Assembly (NCBI GenBank): GCA_002269645.1
Contig: NIVC01000471.1
Location: 62,001-126,000 of the forward strand
Direction: 5' to 3'
Source: Macrostomum lignano
Taxonomy: Eukaryota
DNA length: 64,000 nt
The translations under genes and the position numbers were made by a program. A model generated the notes under the pieces. The model saw only the letters and a program-made list of their open reading frames with translations. It made no database searches and was not told where the DNA came from. Below, in pieces: positions 25,600 through 37,318 of the stretch; positions within the stretch are counted from its first letter, which is position 1, and every line of letters begins with the position of its first letter.

Positions 25600-28318
25600 T
25601 TGCCTCAGAAGGCAATGATTGCGGGCTAAATTGCTACAATGCTCAGTGCCTTGAAAATCACAAGCGCAAGAATAAGGCTGGTAGATCGCGCTGTGATTCG
25701 GTTCACGTTTGCGGGACGTGCGGCTATGTGGAAGAGCTAAAAGTAGGCCAGGCCCCCGAGCATCAGTGCGGTCACGCCAAGTGTCCAGTCTGCAAGCAGT
25801 ACGACGAAACTGCCACCCACGAGTGCTTTGTCACCCCGCCCAAAGCCAAAGAGTCTAGCGCCCCGTACGTTTACTACGATTTTGAGACGTACGTAGACTT
25901 TGACAAGCAGCACCGGGTACACTTGGTTACGGCAGCTACCTCGTGCGAGTCGTGTCCCAAACTCTTCCCGAGGCCCCGCTGTAGCGCGTGCGGGGGGTTG
26001 CACAGCTCAACTAATTGCATTGCGGGACGCGATTTGGCGCGCGATTTTACTGGCTGTGTCTCCCACAATGACTGCGCTTGCGGGATGCGAGAGTTTGTTT
26101 CGGTTGGGCCGCACTCTATCGATGCCTTTTACTGCTGGCTGACTAGTGTGTTCAAGCAGGGGGCTATTGCTATTGCGCACAATGGCTCCGCGTATGACGC
26201 ATTCCTCCTGCTCGGAGCCCTACTTAACGGACTGGCCAAGAAGAAGCCCCAAGTGATCTTCCAGAATAGCCGCCTAATGTACATGAAGAGCGACAAGATC
26301 ACATTCAAGGAAAGCCTCAACTTCATCCCTATTGGTCTGGCGCAATTCCCAAAGGCGCTTGGTTTGGGCACCCAGCTGACCAAGGGTGATTTCCCGCATG
26401 TGTTTAATCAACCGCAAAATTGGTACTACGTAGGGCCTTACTGTTCGATTGAAATGTACGGCGGGAAGAAAAACAAGCAGCATGACTCCATCGCAGACTG
26501 GCTGGCCAAGCAGGAGGGTCAAGTGTTTAATTTCAACAAGGAATACTTGGACTACTGCCTGCAAGACACTCTAATTTTGCGGGAAGGGTGTCTAAAATAC
26601 GCCCGCCTGATTAAGGACATTTGCGGACTGGACGCATTTGTCCAATCTAACACCATTGCGGGCTTGGCCATGGCTGTTTTCACCACCAAGTTTATGGAGC
26701 CCAACACTCTTGGGGTGATTTCCCGCCGGTCAGATGTGCAGTCGTACAAGGCGCGGTGCTGGCTTACACCTTTGAATGCAACCGAGTTTGGCGGCCGGTT
26801 GCGGACAGCCGACTCTGGCGGCGAGGCTTTCGCCATGGGTCGAAAGGTGGACGGCTTCGACCCAGAGACTAGGACAGTGCTCGAATTCCACGGCTGCTTC
26901 TACCATGGCTGTCCCAAGTGCTTCCCCAACGGCGACGTGCTGCACCCGCTCAAGAACCAGCCAATGCGGGCAATTTATGAAGAGACTGAGCGCTTCACTC
27001 GACTGCTCTCCACGGCCTACAATGTACGTGTCCTGTGGGAGCACGACTACCAGGACGAGGGAGCGCCAGTCCAGCCGCCTATTCGCCTGGAGGAGGCCCT
27101 ATTTAGCGGCCGCACCGAGGCTTTTGTCCCGCACGCCGAGGCCACCGAGACTGTGGAGCTGCGCTATCGGGATGTGGTAAGTTTCTCTTGCACAGTTTAC
27201 TATACTAAATCTATATTCTACTACAACTACCACCACTTTCCCTCTAGGTGTCGCTCTACCCGACTGTCAACAAGTTTGACAAGTACCCTGTCGGGCACCC
27301 GGTTCACCACCCCGAGCCTCATCTACTGGATGAGCAGCAGCTGGCCTGGTACTTTGGCATCGCCGAGGTCTCGATTCTGCCGCCTACCAATCTCCACATC
27401 CCGCTACTGCCCGCCAAGATTAGCAAGAAGCTGGTTTTCGGCCTCTGCCGCGTCTGCATGGAGACCCAGTGCAGCAGCGAGTGTACACACACTGACGCTG
27501 AGAGAATGCTCCGCGGTACATGGTCGACCCCAGAGCTCCACAAGGCCCTGCAGTTGGGTTACAAACTGCAGTCAGTTCTTGCCCTGGCCTATTGGGCCGA
27601 GACTCGGAGCGGGCTGTTTGCAGACTATGTAAACACCTTTTTGAAGCTCAAGGCCGAGTCTAGCGGTTCGCCGGGGATGACTGAGGACGCCAAGGCCGCC
27701 TACATGGCCAGCTTTTTCGAGCGCGAAGGTGTCCGGCTGGAAAAGGTGGAAGAAAATCCTGGCCTGCGCTTTGTTGCCAAGATTTTTCTAAACTCGTAAG
27801 TTGGGGTTTTTCTACTTGCCGTGGGGGGCGTGTTTTTCTACTTACAGTAGCCAGATATACCTACATATTCCCTAAAACTGCAGGCTCTGGGGCAAATTCT
27901 GCCAGCGCGACGACTTGACCTCCACGGAGATTGTGGACAGCTACGAGGCGTGGCTGCAGCGTCTGACGGACCCGTCCATCAAGGTCAAGTCGTGCGAGCC
28001 TGTCGGGGAGAGCTTCATGATGCTCGAATACAAGCCCCGAATTGGTGGTGCTGTCGAGCGGGCCTTCAAGTACGCCAATGTACCAATTGGCGTTTTCACC
28101 ACCTCCCACGCCCGGCTGCGACCATACGAGGCTTTGGAGGGCCTAGGGACCCGAGTCATTTACACTGATACTGATTCGTAAGTAATTTTTCCCCCTGTCT
28201 CTGTCTGTTTCCCCCCTTAACACTATATCCTCCTGCTCCACAGGGTCGTGTATCGGTGCTCTCCCGGCCAGTACGAGCCTCCTGGCGGTTCGAGTTTGGG
28301 GCAGTGGACTGATGAGGC
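25600..28318 (+). pseudogene. Protein-primed DNA polymerase B of Polinton type. Introns at 27177-27247, 27796-27883 and 28178-28243; C-terminus truncated
   Basis: Zn-finger region, ExoI YYDFETY, ExoII AHNGSAYD, ExoIII YCLQD, EFHGCFYHGCPKC insert, GRTE. Spliced motifs YRDV|VSLYP, KIFLNS|LWGKF and YTDTDS|V. Stops after LGQWTDE. Confidence 0.95.
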
Positions 28319-28900
28319 CACAAATTGCAGGTAGGCGCAGGCCACAACCAGAGCTCGCAGCAGGCACCTCTTATCCGTGTTGGTGATGTGGACATAGTGC
28401 TTGGAGAAGGCATGGCGCTCCTCCAGATGCTTGTTCTCTAGGGCACAGCCAACCTGAGGCACCCAGGCATTTAGCAGACGGATAGAAAAGTTGCCCGTCA
28501 ATAGTGGCATCCGACTGCACAATCTTGTCAATCAACGTGCTAAAACAACAACTCTGCTGTCATGCGGGCTGCACGCACCGGGGGAGTATGGGCCGCTTTG
28601 AGCATGTTGTCGCTCTCGAATTTCGCGGCCATAAAGTCTTCCCCCGCCAAATCCTGCTTAAAGACATCGAGCATGTCGGCAAACACCTCCCGCAAATCTT
28701 CGATGTTAGTAATGCGCACCACATACTCGACGCCCTTTGCCCTAAACTTTGGCAGGTCACGTTGATTATCTAGCCGGGCCGTTAAACCTGCAGGGAATGA
28801 ATGGGAGTGTGAGTCAGCCCGGTTCTGTCTGGGGAATGGGGGCTATATAACTCACCCGGTCCGGTAACTGATTCAGGTTGGGCAGGCGGAACAAACGCGT
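28318..28900 (-). pseudogene. N-terminal exons of the same pPolB type, in inverted orientation
   Basis: KIVQSD.. and HITNTDKRCLLRALVVACA resemble the N-D-x-x-C-L-x-R-A-x-V-V motif of Polinton pPolB N-termini. A phase-1 GT-AG intron lies near 28791-28857. Confidence 0.7.
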
Positions 28901-29030
28901 CTGAAAAAACAAGAAAATAAAAAACCAGAAGAATCTGTCAATTCGCGGCACCCCAGGATCAGACTCCAACCGGTTCATTGTTTGTGCTCCTGCATAACCC
29001 CTTGCGCTCAGGCCCTCCTGCCGACACGCG

Positions 29031-29359
29031 TCTGCAATTTTTTTAACCCCAGCCCGCAGCCGTTATCCGGCCTGCTCTTTGTTTGCGCACCCTCCCTACT
29101 CAAACTCGTAAGCCCCCTGTCGCAGCACTCTGAATTCCCGCATGCGCCTGAAGCTGTCAGAGCGCCCACCATTTTTTATCGGTCTGGCTCATTTTTTGCG
29201 CTCACGCATAACCACTCGCGCGCAAGCTCTCCCGCTGAAACGCTCTGCAATTTTTTTAACCCCAGCCCGCAGCTGTTATCCTGCCTGGCTCTTTGCTTGC
29301 GCGCCCTCCCTACTCAAACTCGTAAGCCCCCTGTCGCAGCACTCTGAATTCCTGCATGC
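29031..29359. repeat. About 115-bp direct duplication (29031-29145 and 29244-29359)
   Basis: Two close copies in the putative first pPolB intron. Confidence 0.85.
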
Positions 29360-29741
29360 TCATGCCCCTTGCCAATTCATAGAAGCTCCCTTCTGCAGCA
29401 ACTCAAAACCCGTCTAGATTGATAAACAACCGTCGGAAATTAATTAAAACTTACCATAAAGACGTTGCCTCTTGTCAGCTAGGAAAGCTGTCGATGCTGC
29501 GCTGCGTTTAGTCTTTTTGCACACAGAGAGAGAGAGAGTAGGATTATCTCTCTACCCCTGTTCTGGGGGGTCTAAATATATACTAGAAACCTGCTTAGCT
29601 CGTCTATTATTGGTCAAATCACCAAAAAACCAACCAGAATCACCCAAAATCACCCCTAAAATCACACCCTCCCCACCCTCCATCTGGGGTATATAAAGCG
29701 CTGCACGGCTGTCAGAGAGCTCTCTGCTGCTGCTGCTAATC

Positions 29742-30287
29742 ATGTCTTCTATCGCTCTATACGAAAACTTTGTGGTGCGGAAGCCCACATTTGAAACGGA
29801 GCATGACTTAATTGAAATCCGTCGTCTCTACACCAACGAAGCCGGAGTGTGGAAGGACGGCTTCCCAGCAATCTATTTAAGCGAGGTCGAGTGGAAGAAG
29901 CTCGAAGCTGCACGCCCTGACCTGGAGGCTGCGGTACGTCTTCACGTGGACAAGAGAGTCGTGTTGGGCAACTTCAAGGCGGCAGAAGCTTCACAGGGGA
30001 GGATTCGTTTGCGGCGCAATTGGCTTAATCGGGATCCAAAGTTCAATTGGCGCTACACAATTGAATTCACGCCGGAACTGTGGCGCCGGATGTTTGCCGC
30101 CCGTTTGGGCAAGCTCTTCAAACCCAAGGCCCCACCGCAAGCCAAGCGAGCCAGGACCGAGACCTCTCCGGTAGCCAGGACTGAGGAGGAGGAAGAAAAT
30201 CTCCAGGACATTCTCCAGGTTGTGGGTCTCAAACCCTACCAATCCCCGCCCTGGGAAAATCTGTTTGACGAGAGTCAGCGCTGGTAG
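29742..30287 (+). CDS. PC4-like ssDNA-binding protein, apparently with two tandem domains; intact
   Basis: LIEIRRLYTNEAGVWKDGFPAIYLSEVEWKKLEAARPDLEAAVR aligns by eye with PC4 [53 protein letters not shown] at 29690. Confidence 0.78.
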   Translation: MSSIALYENFVVRKPTFETEHDLIEIRRLYTNEAGVWKDGFPAIYLSEVEWKKLEAARPDLEAAVRLHVDKRVVLGNFKAAEASQGRIRLRRNWLNRDPKFNWRYTIEFTPELWRRMFAARLGKLFKPKAPPQAKRARTETSPVARTEEEEENLQDILQVVGLKPYQSPPWENLFDESQRW

Positions 30288-30394
30288 TTCCCTATTGGCT
30301 CGCGCCACCCCGCGGGGCTCCCTATATAACTATCCAGCCTCTAGAGAGCCAAACCCTAATCCTAGCCCTGATACTATAGTCTGCTGATTCCAAC

Positions 30395-31393
30395 ATGTCC
30401 CGCCGCCGAGCTCTATCCACCCTCTGGGATAAAAACCGCCCATCTGAAGAATTAGCCTCCCTCGACGGTGAAATACCCGAACATATAATCCCCATAGGCA
30501 TAGAAAACGGCGGACTTGACTATCCTGAAAATTGGGGTGCTGATATAGCCTTATCTTGGGCTTTGTGGGCTATTACCTACGATAGCGACACCGGGTCTGA
30601 GATTTTCGACATCCCGTGGGGTAATACCTACGATAGCGACACTGGGTCTGAGATTTTCGACCTCCCACCGCTGACTATCGGAGGGGGTGTGAACGCTGCC
30701 GCTGCCGACTCTGGTGCCTCTGCCGCTGCCGCCCCTGCCACCTCTGCCGCCGATGCCGACTCTGCCGCTGCCGACTCTGGTGTCTCTGCCTCTGCCGCCC
30801 CTGCCACCTCTGCCGCCGATGCCGACTCTGCCGCTGCCGACTCTGGTGTCTCTGCCTCTGCCGCCCCTGCTGCCGCTGCCGACTCTGGTGCTGCCTCCCC
30901 CGGTGTCTCTGCCTCTGCCGCCTCCAGCCAAGCCTCGATATCATCAGCCACCACGATCCTTCTCTTTGGTGATGAGGAAATGAATATGGCCGAGGAGATC
31001 GCTATGGTCCGCGATCGCTTTCCGCGTATTGTGGCCTCCTTTTTTCACCGTGATATCGAGTGGTTGAGGTCTCGCCACCCCGACGGCCTGCCTCCCCAAG
31101 ACACCTTTGTCGAGGCCTTTTATCGGGTTCTCGATACTTTGGTGTCGAGGGGGGCTGACCTACGGGAGGTGTTGGAGGCAGAGACACTACATCAAGATTG
31201 GTTGATGGGGCGCAATTCGCATGCCTCCGACACTGAGGCATATCTGGCCGGTCCGGGAGCGCGCCCTACTGAGTGGGATGCACCTATGGTAAGATATTAC
31301 ACCGTATACACAATTCGTCTTATCATATACAAAGCATATATTCTATCTACATTAATTGTTTTAATTTCCCCATTGCAGTCGGCCGACTACTGA
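30395..31393 (+). CDS. Orphan 'orfY', Ala/Ser-rich with a conserved C-terminal domain. Exons 30395-31288 and 31379-31393
   Basis: ATTGG at 30294 and TATATAA at 30323. Paralogue at 23460-24356 has an intron at the equivalent position. Confidence 0.7.
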   Translation: MSRRRALSTLWDKNRPSEELASLDGEIPEHIIPIGIENGGLDYPENWGADIALSWALWAITYDSDTGSEIFDIPWGNTYDSDTGSEIFDLPPLTIGGGVNAAAADSGASAAAAPATSAADADSAAADSGVSASAAPATSAADADSAAADSGVSASAAPAAAADSGAASPGVSASAASSQASISSATTILLFGDEEMNMAEEIAMVRDRFPRIVASFFHRDIEWLRSRHPDGLPPQDTFVEAFYRVLDTLVSRGADLREVLEAETLHQDWLMGRNSHASDTEAYLAGPGARPTEWDAPMVRYYTVYTIRLIIYKAYILSTLIVLISPLQSADY

Positions 31394-32479
31394 TTCGAGA
31401 CCCTTGAGGAGGAGGCGGTATGAAACAACACTGAGGAGTGGCTGGAGGTTGACTGGGGTTTGCGGTTTTTTCTCCCTGTAAGTGGTTTAGGGGAACCCCG
31501 CAGTATACACTGAGTAGATAGGAATGGGGTTGACTGCGGTTAAAAGACTAATTCAGATGGCTCACCCCTAGGGAGAAAATTGTCTCCCTTACACAGTGTC
31601 CCCTGACTGAGATTCGCCTGTCTGCGCGGCACTTGGGAGCCGCTAAAACCCTATTTGGAAGCCCCCATTTGGGGAGGAAAAATAGCTCTCCTAGGTGAGG
31701 GTCACCTGGTCTGGATGAAAATAGCTCAAGCTGTACATTGGGATCCCCTCGAAACATTACTCAGCCCGCCTTGGTCTCCACTGTCTGGCGCTAGATGCAG
31801 TCGGTCGCTTTGCACTCAGCTGGGGAGGGACTGGCTCTGTTTCTCCGCCCTCACTGTACTTGCCCCTGGGGAGGAATGCCTTCATGCGTGTCTCGAATAT
31901 CCCTTACTAGGTGGGCCAGATATTTTACCTTTGTTTGCACCTACATTATGTCAATATACGCTCAATTTTGCGTACATATGTTGCATATATCACAATTTGT
32001 ACCTTCCGTGTGTGTATTTTAGCCCATGCACCTCCATTAATTTCAATCTAGTGTGTATTTTGCCTATATACGGTTGCATTATACTTGTATCTACTGTGTG
32101 TACGTGTATTTCAACCTATGTTTAATTTTCCTACAGTATACTTGAATCTGCCTACTACACTAACAAAGCGATATGTACCTGCTATTTTGCCTGTTTTACC
32201 GTCTGCCAATATAACAATAATATCATTGTGTGTATTTTGCTATACCTAAGTTTGTACACCTATATGCAATATGCACCAATATGTACATTTTTAATATGCA
32301 CCTGCATTATACCTACTGTGTATTTTTATGTAAATATACATAATTAAATCTACTATAATGCATAATTTTGTGTTTTTATCGCTAACTACACGTATATTGG
32401 GAGAGTGTACACATGTATTGGGCGAGTGTACATGTGTATTGGGCGAGTGTACACCTGTATCACCTGTATTGGACGAGTG

Positions 32480-32830
32480 TACCTTCGGTTTGGGGTGCCT
32501 ATGGCAGGGAGGGTGCCTGCGGTGTACATATAGAGGCGCCCGCGGCAGGGAGGGCGCCTGCGGAGGACGCCTGCGGCGGGGAGGGTTGTCGTACATGTCG
32601 GGAGGGACGCCTGCGGCTGGGAGGGCACCTGCGGCATGTGCACCGTATATGTTGGGAGGGCACCTGCGGCGGGGAGGGCGCCTGCGGCGGGGAGGGCGCC
32701 TTCGAAGGGGAGAGGCGCCTTCGGAGGGCACCTGCGGCATGTGCACCGTACATGTCGAAAGGGCACCTGCGGCGGGGAGGGCGCCTGTGGCATGGGCGCC
32801 TGGATGGCGCTTGGCGCCACGCGCCGAGCA
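32480..32830. repeat. GC-rich tandem repeat (GGCGGGGAGGGCGCCTGC) next to AT-rich TGTAC repeats
   Basis: Directly visible. Confidence 0.8.
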
Positions 32831-35644
32831 CCTACCAATGAGAGGTGAGGTAGGTTGACACCCACCCCACCTCCAAAACCGATGGATCTGGCAGTCCTTA
32901 GTAGTTGTTTCTCTTCATAATTTTATGCTATGCCGATTGCTACATATACATGCATTAAATTGCATGATGATGATATGAATAATCAATAAATTATGCATTG
33001 CTCTAATTAATAATTCAACAGTAGGATTATAACTTGTCTATAACAAATGTTTTATTAGAAATTTCTGCCATTTACAAATTGCAATGTGTTACTAATTTTT
33101 CGTAATAAAGAGGCAATACACCTAGTTAAAAGGAGCACTCAGTAGGCAAAGGCTAGGTCAGATCTTGGGTCTGGGAGGCAGCACGCTTGTTTTACTGGGG
33201 AATAGGGATGGGCAGTTTGGGGAGGGAGGAGCTGTACACTCTTTTTAGATGAAAGGGGAGAGAGGGAAGATTGCACATCTGACATCTTTAAATGAACAAG
33301 GCAGACTCAGTTGCTATTGCTATCAACTGTTGTATAGTGTTTCTTGTTTTGTATTTTGTTTTAACATTTTGTTCATAAAAACATTTTTAAATGTTTTTTG
33401 TACATCAATTGAACATACAATATGTGAATACGTCATTTTATACGTCTACTGCCACGCCAGACATCTACGTCAGACACCGATACGCCGGCACAGTGGCGCA
33501 CAATTGGCATAGCTATTGTGTTACGCCGAATGTTATACGCCAAGCATATTTTCAGGTCTACTGTACGCCAGAATTTTCTGGCGTATATGTAAGATTCGGG
33601 AGTGAGGGACTATGATTGGCGCTAAGGCCTAATAGCAATTGCCAGAACAGGGCAGTCAAGCATAAGTTGTTCTTTGTCGCTGTATATTAGCTCGTATATG
33701 TAGTAATTTTACTAAAAATGGCACAAAATTATTAACAAAATTTAAGCAATAGTACATAGTAACAATAAGCATAATAAAGCAACTTAGCAAAGCAAGGCAA
33801 TATATTGAACCACTTAATAAGAAAAAACAGGATAAACAGGACAATAGGATAAAGAATACTATTAAAATGATAACTACAATACAAGAAATTACTACTACTT
33901 CACAAATTAATTTGATTTAATTGTCAGGACAATTCAGCAAATGATATATAAATATATAATATAATAATACATTCAAAAGATAGGCATTATTTATTAGGCA
34001 ATAAGAAAATAATAAGAAAAATGCAATAAAATTTGACTTTTGAAATTTGGGTTGGGAGCCAAAATATGAAAATAAAGCTATTGAAATTTGAATACTGGAC
34101 ACTGGTTAGGTTATTCTGATTCAAAACTGGTATTGGCGAAATTCCGGTATTGAATATCGGGATCCCAGTTTAGGGCAAGTCCAGTATTTTAGCATCCATA
34201 GACATGAGCCACATCTCCCAAAGAGATATAGCTTTTTATAAAAACCAAGTTTACAAGTTCTTAAATCTTCTACATACTAAATCTTCAATGTAAAAATATT
34301 TAATTTGTACTGCAGAAATATTTTATTACATATAATAATACAAGTGTGCTATATACTGATTATATTGCCCTGCAACTTATAATATTTAGCATAGAATATT
34401 AAATAAAACATTGTAACAACTTACGGACCTACTTGCTAGGAGTTACCGGTTTCAAAAAGTATTGGGTATGGGGACGGGCGCTCCAATATACAAACTGAGA
34501 CGAAAGGCCTGAGGGCCATTCGAGTCTGGCAAGTTGGCTGTCTGTCTGACTGAATCAGCGGTATATACTCATGTTCGACCCCCGCCCCTCCCCTTTCGTG
34601 CAGGCCGCGGGGGGTAAGGGAGAGAAAGGGAGGCAGGCAGTTAATGTACGGCCCAGCCATTGGACAAGCGGTTGGAAATCGAGGGAGTTGACAAACCCAG
34701 TTTTAGGGTGAGTGAGGAGAGAAGGCTAGCTGCGTGCACGTGCATACATACGATCGGTCGGTCGGTCGAGAGATATCGATCGGTTCTGTTTTGTAGGCCA
34801 TGTAGGGCCAGCTTGAATACGGTTCCCAATTCTGGGTTAAGGGCCAGACAAAGAATCCAATTCATGGGAGTCATGGCTTATGGCTGCCGGGAGGGGAGGG
34901 AGAGAAGAAAAGAAGAGGAAAGAGCTGAGACCGTGAGAGACGCAGAGCGGACCGAATTGCTATTGGGATAGGGAAGTTTAAGGACCCGAGGCCCCGAAGG
35001 CCAAACCGGATAGACAGGATTCGCGCTTCGCGGGCCTTGAAGCCTTTGATTATACAAAGCCTGCTTCGCATAGCATCATGGACGACTTTAATAATCAATA
35101 GCAATAAAATCTAGGAGTTCATGTTCGCACACAGGCACACAGCACCGGGAGAGGTGAATCATCCCAGTTCGCGTCATGGGCAAAGGGCCATAATTCTCAT
35201 GAAGAGAGATCATTAGGACTTAAAATTGAAAAGGACCGCTGTAAAAGTTGGAAGTCAAAACTTAACAAGCGACTGCTTGAGTAGAACGACACTAACGACA
35301 TAAACGACACTTAGTAGTCCATGACTTAAACTTAAAATTTCAACATCTTTAAGAATTAGTTGAAACAGCACATCACAAATTGGTTTGGGAAAATCAGACC
35401 ACATCAAAACTACATGGGAATTGTAAACCAGCTTTTTTCACACACAATTTGAAAATTTAAGAAATTCCGGGCGGTACAATTTGTCGAGAATCCCGGGATT
35501 TTTTAAGTCGGGGATATCCCAATCCCGAAAATCCCGGGATTGGCAAAACTCGGGATTTTTTATTCCCCAGTTATGACTCATGGAATGGAATTTGTCATTC
35601 CGTGCGGCAGACCAAATCTGCACCTAATGGTATAGGGTCTAGCT

Positions 35645-35956
35645 CAGGGGTTGGCAAACTTTTTATATCAAGGGCCAGATGGACAATCTAGTGGCAGACT
35701 GCGGGCCAGAGGAGAGGAGATAGGATAGGGTCAAAGGAAATAGAGAAGAGATGGGAGACAAAAGAGTGAAAGCACAGGAGAAAATATAAGAGAGGAGAGG
35801 AGAAGACCAGAGGAGAGGAGAGGAGAGAAGAGGGACAAGAAAAGAGATTATTAGAGAGAAGATCGAGCTGAAAAGAGACGCAAACCTTGTGCTATTGTAG
35901 GACCCGAGGGTCGGATAAGAGAGGCTTCTTCGCGGGACGGAGTTTGCCGACCTCTG
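35645..35956. mobile_element. Non-autonomous hAT MITE, 312 bp
   Basis: TIRs CAGGGGTTGGCAAACT / AGTTTGCCGACCTCTG. 8-bp TSD GTCTAGCT at 35637-35644 and 35957-35964. Confidence 0.9.
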
Positions 35957-36013
35957 GTCTAGCTTCTGGATTCCTCTTGACTGTAGGGGGTGTTATTTCG
36001 CATTGGATTTTGG

Positions 36014-36723
36014 TAGGGGTCACAAAATCCCGGATTCTGTCAATCCCAGGATCCCGGGATTAGGAAACGTCAAATCCCAGGATCCCGGGATTATCCCGGG
36101 ATTAATATTTTTTCAGTACCATCCTTGTCGTAACATTGTTATAATGTTATATCAACGCTGCGAATTACTTTTTTATCACGTGACTAACGTGAGAACATCT
36201 GCAAGTTGCAAGTAAAAATAAGCAAACACTATGCAAAGCAAAATAAATGTATATACATGTATTACATACTATGTATAGTAGCACTAGCAGTATGCACATT
36301 GCAAAACAAATGCACATGACTCGTGGACGTGGTCGTGGAGTCGTTGGCCCGTGGCATGAGGCATACTCACAAAGTCACAAGGACTCACAAGGACTCACAG
36401 TCACAACACGTCACAACCTACTACCGCCTGGGCATTCACGTTGTCACTTGTCAGTCTGGAGTCTGGACTCACGTATCCTATGAGTTCAAACTTTAAAATC
36501 AAATCTCAACGTTAAATGATTTAAACAAGACTCAACTCAAACAACATTAAAGACCTTACAAAGTGGGCAACGGAGAAGGGACATGTATGCGTGTATATTC
36601 CATATTTGAACTAACTGCCATTTTATGATAAAATACTTGCGATTATATCAGACATTATAAAAACATAGCATTAACGTTCCGGGATTGAATCCCGACCCTG
36701 TGAATCCCGGGATGTGACCCCTA
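36014..36723. mobile_element. Non-autonomous hAT element, 710 bp
   Basis: TIRs TAGGGGTCACA / TGTGACCCCTA, subterminal ATCCCGGGAT repeats, and 8-bp TSD GATTTTGG at 36006-36013 and 36724-36731. Confidence 0.9.
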
Positions 36724-36884
36724 GATTTTGGAGACCGTAAATTCTATAATAGGTTTCTGGTTTGAGCGCTTGCAAAAAAGAGAAACGTACGAAAACACCC
36801 GAGTGGTAAGGAAGTTGGAAGAGAGTGGGGAGTGGAGAGTGAGAGAGCTCGTATAGTCTAATTATATCTGATAGGTCAGGACTC

Positions 36885-37130
36885 AGGGTCGAGCCTCTCT
36901 CAATGCGGCCATTCGGGTCCTTTGAAACTTCATGCAATGGCAATCCGGCCCGCTCAAGGCTTGTCTCTTATCAGCTCGTCTTCTCTATTTAATCTCCTCT
37001 CCCTTCTCCTGTCCCTTCTATCCTCTCTCTTTATTCCCTCTAGCTTTAAAGATCATATCCTTCCTCTGGCCTGCAGGCATGCGCTAGATTCTCCATCTGG
37101 GCCCTTGAGGTAAAATCTTTAACAACCCCT
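36885..37130 (-). mobile_element. Diverged inverted relative of the 35645 MITE
   Basis: Reverse complement starts CAGGGGTTG..CAAGGGCCCAGATGG. The other end and a TSD are not clear. Confidence 0.55.
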
Positions 37131-37318
37131 GTTATCCGTCCATAGTCAGTCAATTCCAAACATAAGCAAGTTGTGATGCAGAAAACTTTTTACTACAGCT
37201 TTCATTTTCTTAAATTGGCTGTTTCCAATGACACGAATCTTCTTTCACATTTCTTGGAATATAAAGTTTTCTGCAACACAACTTTTTAAAATCGATTAAA
37301 ACGACACACCAATTGCGA

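Noticed and set aside
29525-29538. (AG)7 as a Polinton terminus
   Set aside because: It lies between two element genes, with no TIR or TSD; more likely promoter or UTR sequence.
32291-32865. Six overlapping Pro/Gly/Arg-rich ORFs
   Set aside because: A GC-rich tandem repeat lacks stops in all frames.
34420-35110. GC-rich block that might be an LTR or DIRS end
   Set aside because: No TG..CA ends, TSD, PBS or recognisable ORF found.
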